DNA from: Nocardioidaceae bacterium | GTDB taxonomy: Bacteria > Actinomycetota > Actinomycetes > Propionibacteriales > Nocardioidaceae | Reading direction: 5' to 3' | DNA: 31,802 bases | NCBI GenBank assembly: GCA_013696365.1 | Contig: JACCYS010000337.1 | Location: 1 to 31,802 of the forward strand | Part shown: positions 9,084 through 20,507 of the stretch, piece by piece | How the letters are laid out: every line of letters begins with the position of its first letter | How positions within the stretch are numbered: position 1 is the stretch's first letter | Position numbers and translations under genes: made by a program | Notes under the pieces: generated by a model | What the model saw: the letters and a program-made list of their open reading frames with translations, nothing else | Databases searched by the model: none | Told to the model about the DNA's origin: nothing

Positions 9084-10111
9084 GCGAGCACTGCCTCCTC
9101 GGCGACGACCACTCGCAGGATCGTCTCGTCGTCGACAATCCCCACCAGCTCGCCATCGTCGACGACCCGGACGGGATGGTCCGAGGTCAGGGCCGCGTGT
9201 GCGGCCTCGCGGACGATCGTGTCCGGGCCCATCACGAGACCGTCGGAGGAGTCGTCGGGCCGCGGGTCGCGCATCACGTAGCGCAGCGTGAGCACGTGCG
9301 AGCGCGGCACGTCGCTGACGAAGTCGCGGACGTAGTCGTCGGCGGGAGCGGCCACGATTTCGGCGGCGGTGCCGACCTGGACCACCTCGCCGTCACGCAT
9401 GATGAGGATCCGGTCGCCGAGCTTGAGCGCCTCGGCGAGGTCGTGGGTGATGAACACCATCGTCTTGCCGACCTCGTGGTGCAGCCGGATGACCTCGGCC
9501 TGCATGTCCCTGCGGATCAGCGGGTCGAGAGCCGAGAACGGCTCATCGAAGAGCATCACCGTCGGATCCACAGCGAGCGCCCGGGCCAGCCCGACCCGCT
9601 GCTGCATGCCGCCGGACAGTTGGTCGGGGTAGGAGCGTTCGTTGCCTGTCAGCCCGACCAGATCCACCATCTCCTGCGCGCGGGCGTGCCGCTGCTTCTT
9701 CTTCATGCCGCGGATCTCCAGCCCGTACGCGATGTTGTCGAGCACCTGACGGTGCGGCAGCAGGCCGAAATGCTGGAAGACCATCGACACGTGTGTGCGG
9801 CGCAGCTCACGCAACCGGGCATCCGACATCGTGCGCACGTCCTCGCCGTCGAGCAGCACCTCGCCAGCCGTCGGCTCGATCAGCCGCGTCAGGCAGCGCA
9901 CCAGCGTGGACTTGCCGGAGCCGGACAGCCCCATCACGACGAACACCTCCCCCGGGGCCACGTCGAACGACACGTCCTTGACTGCGGCCGTGCAACCAGT
10001 GCGGTCCAGCAGCTCTGCGCGGGGCAGGTCGGCGTCGGGGCTCCCGACGATCTTGTCGGCGCGCGGGCCGAAGACCTTCCACAGCTGGTCGACTGAGAGT
10101 GCAGCAGTCAC
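9080..10111 (-). CDS. Betaine/proline/choline ABC ATP-binding protein (ProV/OpuAA family), 343 aa
   Basis: [36 protein letters not shown]; GTG start overlaps the betA stop. Confidence 0.93.
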   Translation of the reverse strand: MTAALSVDQLWKVFGPRADKIVGSPDADLPRAELLDRTGCTAAVKDVSFDVAPGEVFVVMGLSGSGKSTLVRCLTRLIEPTAGEVLLDGEDVRTMSDARLRELRRTHVSMVFQHFGLLPHRQVLDNIAYGLEIRGMKKKQRHARAQEMVDLVGLTGNERSYPDQLSGGMQQRVGLARALAVDPTVMLFDEPFSALDPLIRRDMQAEVIRLHHEVGKTMVFITHDLAEALKLGDRILIMRDGEVVQVGTAAEIVAAPADDYVRDFVSDVPRSHVLTLRYVMRDPRPDDSSDGLVMGPDTIVREAAHAALTSDHPVRVVDDGELVGIVDDETILRVVVAEEAVLA

Positions 10112-11820
10112 CGGCGCACGTCCTGTCCGTTTCGGGGGTCACCGGGAGGATACGGCTGACTGCCGTCGCGGTGGCGGTAGAACGGCACATCCGCAGGCGG
10201 CAGGGCGGTGTTGCCGGCGATCAGGTCGGCGGCCTTCTCGGCCAACATCATCACCGGGGCATAGATGTTGCCGTTGGTGATGGCCGGCATCGCCGACGCG
10301 TCGACGACGCTCAGGCAGCGCAATCCGTGCACCCCCATCGTCTCGGGGTCGAGCGCTGCCAGCTCGTCACTTTCGGCGCCCAGGCTGGCGGTGCACGACG
10401 GGTGGTAGGCGGTTTCGGCGTCCCGGGCCACCCAGTCGAGGATCTGTTCGTCGGTCTCGACGTCCGGGCCGGGTGACAGCTCACCTGCGTCGAAGGCCAC
10501 AAAGGCCGGCTGCGACAGGATGTCGCGCGCAACGCGTACGCACTCCACCCACTCCTGACGATCCTTGGGGGTCGACAGGTAGTTGAACTGCAGCGACGGA
10601 TGCTGCCGCGGGTCGGTGGAGCGGATCGTCACCGACCCGCGGACGTCGGAGTACATCGGGCCGATGTGCACCTGATACCCGTGCTTCTCCGCCGGCTGGC
10701 TGCCGTCGTAACGGATGGCGATCGGCAGGAAGTGGAACATCAGATTGGGATAGTCGACGGCGTCATTGGTGCGCACAAACCCGCCGGCCTCGAAGTGGTT
10801 GGTCGCCCCCAGCCCGCTGCGCAGGAACAACCACTCTGCCCCGATCCGCGGACGGTGCCGCCAGCGCAGCCCGGGGGCGATCGACACCGGCAGCTTCGAG
10901 GCATGCTGCACGTAGACCTCGAGATGGTCCTGCAGGTTGGCACCCACACCGGGAAGAGCGGCGACGACGTCGATGTCGAGCCCCCGCAGCAGGTCGGCAG
11001 GCCCGATCCCGGACAACTGCAGCAGCTGGGGGGTGTTGATGGCGCCACCGCTGCAGATGACGTGCCCGGCACGCACCGAGCGGTGCAGCCGGCCGGCCCG
11101 CAGGTAGTCGACACCGACCGCCCGGTCGCCCTCGAACACGATGCGGGTTGCATGCGCCAGGGTCTCGACGGTGAGGTTCTTCCGGTCCCGCACCGGGTGC
11201 AGGTACGCGCGAGCCGCGCTGAGCCGCCGACCGCGGTGGACGTTGCGGTCGAAGCGGGCGAATCCTTCCTGGCGGTAGCCGTTGACGTCGTCGGTCAGCG
11301 GGTGGCCCGCCTGCTGGGCAGCCTCCAGGAAGGCACCGAACAACGGGCCGGACGCGGCGCCGCGCTCCAGCACCAGGGGGCCGCTGCCGCCCCGCCAGGA
11401 GTCGGCACCGGCAAGGCAGGTCTCCATCCGCTTGAAGTACGGCAGGCAGTGGGCGTAGTCCCACCTCGCCATCCCAGCGGCGCTCGCCCACCCCTCGAAG
11501 TCCAGCGGATTGCCGCGCTGGAAGATCATCCCGTTGATGCTGCTTGACCCGCCGAGCAGCTTGCCGCGCCCGTGGAACACCCGTCGCCCACCCATCTGCG
11601 GCTCCGGGTCGGAGTGGTATCGCCAGTCGTAGAAGCGGCTGCCGATGGGGAACGGCAGTGCTGCCGGCATATGGATGAACGGGTCGATCTTGAGGTCGGA
11701 GCGGCCGGCCTCGAGGACCAGCACGGTCGTGCTGCGGTCAGAGCTCAGCCGGTTGGCGAGCACGCAGCCGGCCGACCCGCCACCGACGATCACGTAGTCG
11801 TAGGTCTTGTCAGTGCTCAT
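10108..11820 (-). CDS. betA: Choline dehydrogenase (GMC oxidoreductase), 570 aa
   Basis: Starts [18 protein letters not shown] (ATG at 11820); [38 protein letters not shown]. Confidence 0.92.
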   Translation of the reverse strand: MSTDKTYDYVIVGGGSAGCVLANRLSSDRSTTVLVLEAGRSDLKIDPFIHMPAALPFPIGSRFYDWRYHSDPEPQMGGRRVFHGRGKLLGGSSSINGMIFQRGNPLDFEGWASAAGMARWDYAHCLPYFKRMETCLAGADSWRGGSGPLVLERGAASGPLFGAFLEAAQQAGHPLTDDVNGYRQEGFARFDRNVHRGRRLSAARAYLHPVRDRKNLTVETLAHATRIVFEGDRAVGVDYLRAGRLHRSVRAGHVICSGGAINTPQLLQLSGIGPADLLRGLDIDVVAALPGVGANLQDHLEVYVQHASKLPVSIAPGLRWRHRPRIGAEWLFLRSGLGATNHFEAGGFVRTNDAVDYPNLMFHFLPIAIRYDGSQPAEKHGYQVHIGPMYSDVRGSVTIRSTDPRQHPSLQFNYLSTPKDRQEWVECVRVARDILSQPAFVAFDAGELSPGPDVETDEQILDWVARDAETAYHPSCTASLGAESDELAALDPETMGVHGLRCLSVVDASAMPAITNGNIYAPVMMLAEKAADLIAGNTALPPADVPFYRHRDGSQPYPPGDPRNGQDVRR

Positions 11821-11827
11821 CGCAAAT

Positions 11828-13309
11828 TCATTTCCGGCCACCGAACCAACCTTGCGGCTGTGGGGCAATGTGCTGCCAGATGTGCTTGGTCTCGCGATAC
11901 TCCTCAAGCCCGGCCAGGCCCAGCTCGCGTCCGGTGCCGGACTGCTTGTACCCGCCCCACTCGGCGTGCGGGACGTACGGGTGGTAGTCGTTGATCCATA
12001 CCGTGCCCATCCGCAGCCGGGCGGCCACCCGCTGGCCGCGACCGGAGTCGGCTGTCCATACCGCACCGGCCAGCCCGTAGCGGCTGTCGTTCGCGAGCCG
12101 GACCGCGTCGTCCTCGTCGGTGAACGTCTCGACGGTCAGGATCGGTCCGAACGATTCCTCCTGTACTACCCGCATCGCGCTGGCACAGCCGTCCAGGACG
12201 GTGGGCAGGTAGTAATAGCCGTCGGCCAGCTGCGGGTCGTCCGGCGTCGACCCGCCACAGCGCAGCACCGCCCCCTCGGCGAGGCCGTCTGCGACGTAGG
12301 CGGCGATCTTGTCGCGGTGCGCCGCCGAGATCAGCGGACCGGTCTCGGCCTGTTCGTCGAACGGCCCACCGAGCCGAATCGCTTCGGCACGAGCGACCAG
12401 TTCGTCGACGAACTCGTCATGGATCGACTCGGCGATGACCAGCCGAGCGCCAGCTGAGCAGACCTGGCCAGAATGCAGGAACACCGCCGTCAGGGCCATG
12501 TCCAGGGCCGTCTCGCGGTCTGCATCAGCGAACACGATGTTGGGATTCTTGCCGCCAAGCTCGAGGGCGACCTTCTTCACGGTGGCCGCGGCAGCTGCCA
12601 TAACCGACCGGCCAGTGACCACGCCGCCGGTGAACGACACCAGATCGACATCGTGGTGCTCGGACAGCGGCGCCCCGGCCTCCGGCCCGGCCCCCAGGAC
12701 GAGGTTTGCCACGCCGTCGGGCAGCCCGGCTTCGACAAGCAACCGCATCAGCCAGATCGCCGAGGACGGCGTCAGCTCGCTCGGTTTGAGCACGAAGGTA
12801 TTGCCCGCCGCCAGGCAGGGCGCCACTTTCCACGACGTCTGCAGTAACGGGTAGTTCCAGGGGGTGATCAGGCCACAGACTCCGACCGGCTCACGGACCA
12901 CCCGGCTGACGACGTCTGGCTGGCCGGTGTCGATGACCCGGCCCGCGTCCGCACCGGAGACGGTCAGACCGGCGTAATGCCGGAACACCGCGGCCACGTC
13001 GTCGACGTCGTACTCGCTCTCGACCAGGCGCTTGCCGGTGTCCAGTGACTCCGCCCGAGCCACGTCGTCCTTGTGTTCAAGCAACAGGTCAGCAACCCGC
13101 CAGAGCACCGCCCCGCGTTCCGGGGCAGGCGTCTGCGGCCAGGCACCATTGTCAAATGTGGCCCGGGCGGCGTGGATCGCCGCTTCGGCATCGGTCCGTC
13201 CCGCCTCGTCGACGGTGGCGACCAGGCGCCCGTCGGCGGGGCAGCGGATCGGGCGCGTGGCGCCGGACTGGGCGCCCATCCACTGTCCGCCGATCAGCAG
13301 GTCCGCCAT
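11828..13309 (-). CDS. betB: Betaine aldehyde dehydrogenase, 493 aa
   Basis: ALDH motifs PWNYP, KPSE, FTGG, LELGGK, GQVCSAG, EESFGP; directly upstream of betA. Confidence 0.88.
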   Translation of the reverse strand: MADLLIGGQWMGAQSGATRPIRCPADGRLVATVDEAGRTDAEAAIHAARATFDNGAWPQTPAPERGAVLWRVADLLLEHKDDVARAESLDTGKRLVESEYDVDDVAAVFRHYAGLTVSGADAGRVIDTGQPDVVSRVVREPVGVCGLITPWNYPLLQTSWKVAPCLAAGNTFVLKPSELTPSSAIWLMRLLVEAGLPDGVANLVLGAGPEAGAPLSEHHDVDLVSFTGGVVTGRSVMAAAAATVKKVALELGGKNPNIVFADADRETALDMALTAVFLHSGQVCSAGARLVIAESIHDEFVDELVARAEAIRLGGPFDEQAETGPLISAAHRDKIAAYVADGLAEGAVLRCGGSTPDDPQLADGYYYLPTVLDGCASAMRVVQEESFGPILTVETFTDEDDAVRLANDSRYGLAGAVWTADSGRGQRVAARLRMGTVWINDYHPYVPHAEWGGYKQSGTGRELGLAGLEEYRETKHIWQHIAPQPQGWFGGRK

Positions 13310-13350
13310 ATGCCTCCGCCCACAAGGATCGCATCATCCGTGCGTCTAGC

Positions 13351-13386
13351 GTTGCGCATTACGCAACGAATAATAGTATACGCAAC
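13351..13386. promoter_or_regulatory. betB promoter region: operator GTTGC-N7-GCAAC plus half site and -10
   Basis: GTTGCgcattacGCAAC at 13351-67; second GCAAC half site ending 13386; minus-strand TATACT at 13375-80. Confidence 0.75.
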
Positions 13387-13404
13387 AGCATGCTGGTGGG
13401 TCAT

Positions 13405-14214
13405 CTAGCCGTCAAGCGCCCGGTCGAGGGGTGGACGCCACCCTAGTCGGCGCGACACCTCACCCGCGGTCTCACGGGTGGCAGTGATCGCGGACCCCAG
13501 CCGCTCGCCCGTCAACCGAAACGTCGGCCCAGACACGCTGATCGAGGCCACGACATCCCCATGCGCGTTGCGTACCGCTGCGGCGACCGCGGTGAGACCG
13601 ACCTCGAGCTCGTCCACCGCCACCGCATACCCGGTGGCTCGCACCTCGGCCAGCTGGGCGGTCAGCACCGCCAGGCTGGCGACGGTGTTGTCGGTGAAGG
13701 TGCGCGGTCGGCGACCGACCACCTGGGCCGCGTCCGCGTCCGGCATCGCCGACAGCAATACCTTGCCGTTTGAGGTGGCGTGCAAGGGGATGCGCTGGCC
13801 GACCCAGTTGTGTGGTTGCAGTGCCGACGAACCGGCGACTTGATCCACATACAACGCGGCATCGTCGGACAAAACGGTGAGGTTCACCGTCTCTCCGGTC
13901 TGCACGGCCAGCGCACGGCACAACCCCCGCGACTCCTGCACCAGGTCCAACCGCGCGGTGGTGGCCGCAGCCAGACGAATCAGCCCGACGCCAAGCCGGT
14001 ACTTGCCGCGCTCGGCGTGCTGCTCGACCAGCCCACGTCGCTCGAGTGCGGAGACAAGGCGAAACGCCGTTGACTTGTGCACGCCCAGCTCGCCGGCGAT
14101 CTCAGTGACACCGCACTCGCCGGCGTGCGCGAGGATCTCCAGCACACTGACCGCACGGTCGACCGACTGCACTGTTGATGCGCCAGCCGACTGCCCCGCC
14201 CCACTGTTGCTCAT
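13405..14214 (-). CDS. IclR family transcriptional regulator (IclR-1), 269 aa
   Basis: VQSVDRAVSVLE, HKSTAFRL HTH, GQRIPLHATSNGK, DELEVGLTAVAA, ISVSGP. Confidence 0.93.
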   Translation of the reverse strand: MSNSGAGQSAGASTVQSVDRAVSVLEILAHAGECGVTEIAGELGVHKSTAFRLVSALERRGLVEQHAERGKYRLGVGLIRLAAATTARLDLVQESRGLCRALAVQTGETVNLTVLSDDAALYVDQVAGSSALQPHNWVGQRIPLHATSNGKVLLSAMPDADAAQVVGRRPRTFTDNTVASLAVLTAQLAEVRATGYAVAVDELEVGLTAVAAAVRNAHGDVVASISVSGPTFRLTGERLGSAITATRETAGEVSRRLGWRPPLDRALDG

Positions 14215-14225
14215 GGAGGAACACT

Positions 14226-14226
<1 letters not shown>
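14206..14226. promoter_or_regulatory. Hybrid operator GTTGC-N7-GGAAC overlapping the IclR-1 start codon, purU SD and a candidate leaderless -10
   Basis: tGTTGCtcatggaGGAACac at 14205-24; GGAGG at 14215-19; minus-strand TAGTGT at 14221-26, 6 nt before the IclR-1 ATG. Confidence 0.6.
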
Positions 14227-15801
<1,575 letters not shown>

Positions 15802-15907
15802 TGTCCGGACAGCCGAACGTGCCGCGCGCAGCCGGCGGGGGTTCCGAAATCGCCCTCGGGGGCACACACTTGTTGGATTGACATAGTCGGCGGCGAGGAG
15901 TTACCCC

Positions 15908-16606
15908 ATGCCTGCAACACCCCATGGCCTACCCGAGCTGGTGCCGGTGCTCGCTCGCGGCAAGCATCGCAACCCACGCAAGGGTGCCTGCTTCATGGAG
16001 CTCGCCTCATACCTCGCCGGTGAACGCTGGAGCGACCGCCCAAGCTGCACCCATCCGCTGCTGTCCGAGGTGGCGCGGCTGGTGAACGATTTGACCAGTG
16101 ATGCCGGCCGGCCCCGGCTGGCCGGGCTCATTCCAGCGGTGATCGGCGTGACGACCGATGACGTGCGGATGGACGCCGAGATCGCGCTGCGTTGCGCACA
16201 ATCGGCGCTGCCGGTTGTTGCCGAGGACCGTCAACGGGTGCTGGCCGTCTCAGTACTGAGTGGCGAACGGGTACTGGCCACCCTCGAGGGTCGCCCCATC
16301 GACGAGTTGTCGGACGTCAGCCGAGCTGCTTTGGGGAGTGTGCCGTTGGCCGCTGATCGCGCTCGCACGCTGCTGGGCGACGTTGGCGTCGCGGTGCGCG
16401 GCTACCGCAAGCACGCAGCGCCGGCAACTGTCCGCTGCGCAGTGCGCGGCCTCGCCGAGGCGTGTGTGCCCGACCCCGACCAGCTGATGCTTCGACTGCT
16501 GGACGATGTGATCGTCGCGTGCGAGCCGTGGCGGACGACGGCAAACAACCCACGGGTGGCGCCCGAGATGTGGGTGGACGCCTGCCAACTGACCGGCGGC
16601 AACTGA
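15908..16606 (+). CDS. Hypothetical protein, 232 aa
   Basis: GAGGAG SD before ATG; protein-like composition; N-terminal RGKHRNPRKGACFMELASYLAGERWSDRPSCTHP that I recall from uncharacterised actinobacterial proteins (not searched). Confidence 0.75.
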   Translation: MPATPHGLPELVPVLARGKHRNPRKGACFMELASYLAGERWSDRPSCTHPLLSEVARLVNDLTSDAGRPRLAGLIPAVIGVTTDDVRMDAEIALRCAQSALPVVAEDRQRVLAVSVLSGERVLATLEGRPIDELSDVSRAALGSVPLAADRARTLLGDVGVAVRGYRKHAAPATVRCAVRGLAEACVPDPDQLMLRLLDDVIVACEPWRTTANNPRVAPEMWVDACQLTGGN

Positions 16607-16617
16607 GCCCCCGAGAG

Positions 16618-18057
16618 TCAGTCCCCGAGCTCGCGCCGACGGCGGGTGACGAAGTCCTCGAGCTCGGCGCGGATCCCCTCGTCCAGTGCCGGCTGCTCGT
16701 AGGACTCCAACCGCTGCTGCCAGATGTTCTCGGCGCGGGCGGCCGTATCCAACGCCCCGTTCTTTACCCAACGCTCGTAGTTGTCCGAGCTTGACAGCAG
16801 CGGGCGGTAGAAGCAGGTGCGGAAGCGCTCCATCGTGTGCATGGCGCCGAGAAAGTGCCCGCCGTGCCCCACCTCCTCGTGAGCTCCGAACGCGAGCGAG
16901 TCATCGTCGATCTCGAGCGGGGTGAACTCGGCCTGCAACATCTGCAGCAGCTCGACATCGACGATGAACTTCTCGAAGCCGGCGACCAGCCCGCCCTCCA
17001 GCCAGCCCGCCGAGTGCATCACCCAGTTGGCGCCGGCGAGAAAGGCCGGCAGCATCGACATCAAAGCCTCATAACCGGCCTGCGCGTCTGGGACCTGACT
17101 TGAGGTGAGTGCCCCGCCGGAGCGAAAAGGCAGGCCGAAGTGGCGGGCGATCTGGCCGGTGCACAGCAGGCCGATGCCGGACTCGGGGGTACCGAAGGTC
17201 GGCGACCCCGACTGCATATTGATCGTGGACAGGAACGAACCGAACACCACCGGTGCACCGGGCCGGATGAGCTGGGCCAGCGCGATACCGCTGAGCGCCT
17301 CGGCGATCTGCTGCACCAGGGCCGCCGGAATCGTCACCGGGGACATCGCCCCCATCAACAGGAACGGTGTGAGCACCACCGGTTGAGCGGCGCCGACGTA
17401 CTCGAAGAGCGCGTCCAGCATCCGGTCGTCCCAGCGCAACGGGGAATTGCAGTTGATCAACGAGATGGTCACCGGTGTGGCTTCGATGGCGGCTCGGCCG
17501 CCGAAGCAGATGTCACACATCGCCAGTACGTCGCGGGCGTTCAAACCGCTCACCACGTTGCCCATGAAAAGCTTGTCGGTGAGCGTCATCAGCGCGTACG
17601 TCATGTCGAGATGTCGAGAGTCGAGCGGAGCGTCGTTGGGCTCACAGACGACGCCGCCGGCTGAGTCCAACGCGTCGAAGGATTGCGCGAGCCGGGCGAA
17701 GTTGCGGTAGTCGTCCATGGTGGCGTCCCGGCGCACCTGCCCCTGGCGGACGAACGGGGGGCCGTACACCGCGCCGAAGGCCATCGCGTCGCCCCCGATG
17801 CGCACGGAGTGGTCGGGGTTGCGGGCGGCGATGTCGAACTCGGCCGGCGCCTTGGCCACCTGTGCGAGGACGAACTCGGGATCGAGGAAGACCGTGTTGT
17901 CGACCACCCGCTGGCCGGCGGCCCGGAACATCTCCAGCGCCGGCTCGGACATGAACTCGACGCCGATCTCGGTGACGATGCGGCGCCAGCCGGCGTCGAG
18001 CTTGTCCATCGCGTCGGCGGACAGGATTTCGTATCGCGGCATCTTGTTGTGGAACAC
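16618..18057 (-). CDS. MttB-superfamily (trimethylamine methyltransferase-like) non-pyrrolysine corrinoid methyltransferase, MtgB-like, 479 aa
   Basis: GTG start with AAGGGAGG SD; INCNSPL, PVTIPAAL, SGSPTFGTPE, VPDAQAGYEA, LAGANWVMHSAGWLEGG, GPGG-like GHGGHFLG. Confidence 0.88.
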   Translation of the reverse strand: MFHNKMPRYEILSADAMDKLDAGWRRIVTEIGVEFMSEPALEMFRAAGQRVVDNTVFLDPEFVLAQVAKAPAEFDIAARNPDHSVRIGGDAMAFGAVYGPPFVRQGQVRRDATMDDYRNFARLAQSFDALDSAGGVVCEPNDAPLDSRHLDMTYALMTLTDKLFMGNVVSGLNARDVLAMCDICFGGRAAIEATPVTISLINCNSPLRWDDRMLDALFEYVGAAQPVVLTPFLLMGAMSPVTIPAALVQQIAEALSGIALAQLIRPGAPVVFGSFLSTINMQSGSPTFGTPESGIGLLCTGQIARHFGLPFRSGGALTSSQVPDAQAGYEALMSMLPAFLAGANWVMHSAGWLEGGLVAGFEKFIVDVELLQMLQAEFTPLEIDDDSLAFGAHEEVGHGGHFLGAMHTMERFRTCFYRPLLSSSDNYERWVKNGALDTAARAENIWQQRLESYEQPALDEGIRAELEDFVTRRRRELGD

Positions 18058-18068
18058 GTGTGCCTCCC

Positions 18069-18097
18069 TTGACCTACGAACGGTGGCATTCTAGCCT
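18069..18097 (+). promoter_or_regulatory. Candidate promoter for the IclR-2/corrinoid operon
   Basis: TTGACC-N17-TAGCCT; a divergent -10 TAGAAT (18088-93, minus strand) overlaps it. Confidence 0.55.
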
Positions 18098-18114
18098 CAT
18101 AATGTGGGAACATG

Positions 18115-18131
18115 GTTCCATCAGATGGAAC
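18115..18131. promoter_or_regulatory. Candidate IclR operator GTTCC-N7-GGAAC
   Basis: GTTCCAtcagaTGGAAC palindrome in the divergent MT1/IclR-2 spacer; extra GGAAC half site at 18107-11. Confidence 0.75.
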
Positions 18132-18170
18132 ATGCCAGTGAAATCCTAGGGCAGACGGAGACGAGCAGCG

Positions 18171-18932
18171 TTGAGCAGTACCGGCACCCAGGCGATCGAC
18201 CGGGCGGCTGACTTGCTGCGCCTGGTGGTGCACGCCGACGAGCCGATCAGCTTCACTGATCTGGCCGACGAGAGCGGGCTTGCGCGGTCGACGACGTCTC
18301 GGCTGTTGGCTGCACTGGAGCGCCATCAACTGCTCGAACGCGATGCCGGCGGCTATTTCGTAGCGGGTCCGCTGTTCGCCCTCTACGCCGCCCGGCATGA
18401 TCCGTGGGCCCAGGTGGCCCGGTTGGCCACCCCGACACTGGAGCGCATCGGGGACAAGGTGGGCGAGACGGTCACGCTCGCCATTCCGCGCGGCGACCAG
18501 GTCGTGCAAATCGCACAGGTGGACTCGACCTTCCTGCTTGGCACCGGCGACTGGCTGGGCGTCGAGGTACCGCCGCACTGCTCGGCAGCCGGCAAGGTGC
18601 TCTTGGCCTTCGGCTGCATCGACACGCCGGAGGCTGACCTGCCTCGACTGACCGATCATTCCGTCACCACGCTGGACGACCTCGAACGCCAACTTCGAGC
18701 CATCCGCCGCACCGGATATGCCATCGCCAGCGAGGAGCTCGAGGTCGGACTGGACGCCGTCGCGGCACCCGTGCTCGGGCGCGACGGAGCCGTGGTTGCA
18801 GCCGTCAGCGTCTCCGGTCCCACCAGCCGCATGTCCGATCAGATCGATCATGTCGGTCACATGTTGGTCGACCAGGCGCAGCAGATATCCGACCTGCTGC
18901 GTCGCCGTACCCCGAAAGAAGGCGCAGCATGA
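18171..18932 (+). CDS. IclR family transcriptional regulator (IclR-2), 253 aa
   Basis: TQAIDRAADLL, ARSTTSRLL HTH, PPHCSAAGK, EELEVGLDAVAAP, VSVSGP; TTG start; ATGA overlap with the next gene. Confidence 0.92.
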   Translation: MSSTGTQAIDRAADLLRLVVHADEPISFTDLADESGLARSTTSRLLAALERHQLLERDAGGYFVAGPLFALYAARHDPWAQVARLATPTLERIGDKVGETVTLAIPRGDQVVQIAQVDSTFLLGTGDWLGVEVPPHCSAAGKVLLAFGCIDTPEADLPRLTDHSVTTLDDLERQLRAIRRTGYAIASEELEVGLDAVAAPVLGRDGAVVAAVSVSGPTSRMSDQIDHVGHMLVDQAQQISDLLRRRTPKEGAA

Positions 18933-19594
18933 AACCTGACGAGATCCTGCAAGGCCTCTACGACCTCACCCTGGTGGGCAACGCCCCCGAGGTGCTGGAA
19001 CTGACTAATGCCGGCCTGGCAGCCGGGATGGGGCCGGAGACCATGTTGTTCGACGCGCTCATCCCCTCGCTGGAGGAGGTGGGTGCGCGCTTCGAACGCG
19101 GAGACTTTTTCGTGCCCGAGATGCTGATCGCCGGCCGCGCGATGAGCGGTGCGATGGAGGTGCTGCGTCCGCTGCTTGCCGAGACCGGCGCGCAACAGGT
19201 CGGCACATTCCTGATGGGGACAGTCAAGGGCGACGTCCATGACATCGGCAAGAACCTCGTGAACATCATGCTCGAGGGCGCTGGCTTCAATGTCATCGAC
19301 CTCGGGGTGCAGGTTGCGCCGGAGAAGTTCGTGGAGGCCATCAATGAGCACAAGCCGGACGTAGTCGGCTTCTCGGCGTTCCTCACCACCACCATGCCGA
19401 TGTTCAAAGCCAACCTGAATGCCCTGCAGAAGGCCGGCATCCGCGACAACGTGATCGTGATGGTCGGCGGAGCCCCCGTCACCCAGGAGTACGCCACCGC
19501 TGTCGGTGCCGATGGCTACGCCGCCGACGCATCCTCGTGCGTCAAGAAGGCCAAGGCGCTGATCGCCGAGCGCCGAGCCGCCGTCACCGCCTGA
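18929..19594 (+). CDS. Stand-alone corrinoid (B12-binding) protein, MtgC/MttC-like, 221 aa
   Basis: Cap domain (ERFERGDFFVPEML) plus base-off/His-on motif DVHDIGKN, SAFLTTT and VGGAP. Confidence 0.93.
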   Translation: MKPDEILQGLYDLTLVGNAPEVLELTNAGLAAGMGPETMLFDALIPSLEEVGARFERGDFFVPEMLIAGRAMSGAMEVLRPLLAETGAQQVGTFLMGTVKGDVHDIGKNLVNIMLEGAGFNVIDLGVQVAPEKFVEAINEHKPDVVGFSAFLTTTMPMFKANLNALQKAGIRDNVIVMVGGAPVTQEYATAVGADGYAADASSCVKKAKALIAERRAAVTA

Positions 19595-19619
19595 CCCCCC
19601 GATAGATCAAGGAACCCCG

Positions 19620-20507
19620 ATGACCCTGCGCCACACCGTCCTCCGCTCAGCGACCAAAGAGGTCGTATTAGGCCATGACCGCCCTTTCACGGTGATCGGC
19701 GAGCGAATCAACCCGACGGGACGCAAGAAGTTTCAGGAACAGTTGCGCTCCGGCGACCTGTCCGCGATCGACACCGACGTGGCCGCGCAGGTGGCTGGTG
19801 GCGCCGACGTACTCGACGTGAACATGGGTGTGCCGCTGACCGACGAGCCGGAGCTCCTGCGCCAAGCCATCGTGCGCGTGCAGGAGTTGACCGACTTGCC
19901 TGTCTGCATCGACTCGTCCGTGGTCGAGGCGTTGGAGGTCGGCTTGGCGACCTACCAAGGTCGCGCTCTCGTCAACTCCGTCACCGCCGAGGATGACCGG
20001 CTGGCTGCCATCTTGCCGCTGGTGAAGCGGTACGACGCGGCGATCATCGCGCTGCCCAACGATGAAGACGAGATCCCGATGGAGGCCGACAAGCGCCTCG
20101 AGCTGACCCGCAAGATCGTCCGGGTCGCCACCGAGGAGTACGGCCTCGCGATCGAGGACATCGTCATTGACCCGCTCGCCATGCCCATCGGGGCGGACAC
20201 CAGCGTGGTCGCGACCACGCTGGACACGATCAGCCGGATCCTGGCCGAGTTCGGGCTGAACATGACCCTGGGTGCCTCCAACGTCTCCTTTGGTATGCCC
20301 GGTCGGCACACGATCGGGGCAGCGTTCTTGCCGATGGCGATGGTTGCCGGCCTGACCAGCGCCATCATGGATGCCCGCAGCCCGCAGATCGTCGAGTCCG
20401 TCAAGGCCGCTGACCTGCTGCTCGGGCATGACGAGTGGGGTGGCGCCTGGATCGCTGCGCACCGCGCGCGGCAGGCCGCTGAGCGGGCGGCGGCGCCCGT
20501 CGCGTGA
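19620..20507 (+). CDS. Methylcorrinoid:tetrahydrofolate methyltransferase (pterin-binding domain; MtgA/AcsE-like), 295 aa
   Basis: VIGERINPTGRK, LDVNMG, CIDSS, LVNSV, IDPL, GASNVSFG, as in the MetH folate domain. Confidence 0.9.
   Translation: MTLRHTVLRSATKEVVLGHDRPFTVIGERINPTGRKKFQEQLRSGDLSAIDTDVAAQVAGGADVLDVNMGVPLTDEPELLRQAIVRVQELTDLPVCIDSSVVEALEVGLATYQGRALVNSVTAEDDRLAAILPLVKRYDAAIIALPNDEDEIPMEADKRLELTRKIVRVATEEYGLAIEDIVIDPLAMPIGADTSVVATTLDTISRILAEFGLNMTLGASNVSFGMPGRHTIGAAFLPMAMVAGLTSAIMDARSPQIVESVKAADLLLGHDEWGGAWIAAHRARQAAERAAAPVA

Noticed and set aside
15802-15907. Possible riboswitch or promoter (TTGACA at 15879) before the hypothetical gene
   Set aside because: TTGACA has no properly spaced -10 leaving room for the SD; no conserved RNA motif is seen.
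18929-20507. Calling the corrinoid and pterin-binding genes a split metH
   Set aside because: No homocysteine-binding or SAM-reactivation domain is in the window, while MT1 and a RACo activator are adjacent. A partner elsewhere cannot be excluded.
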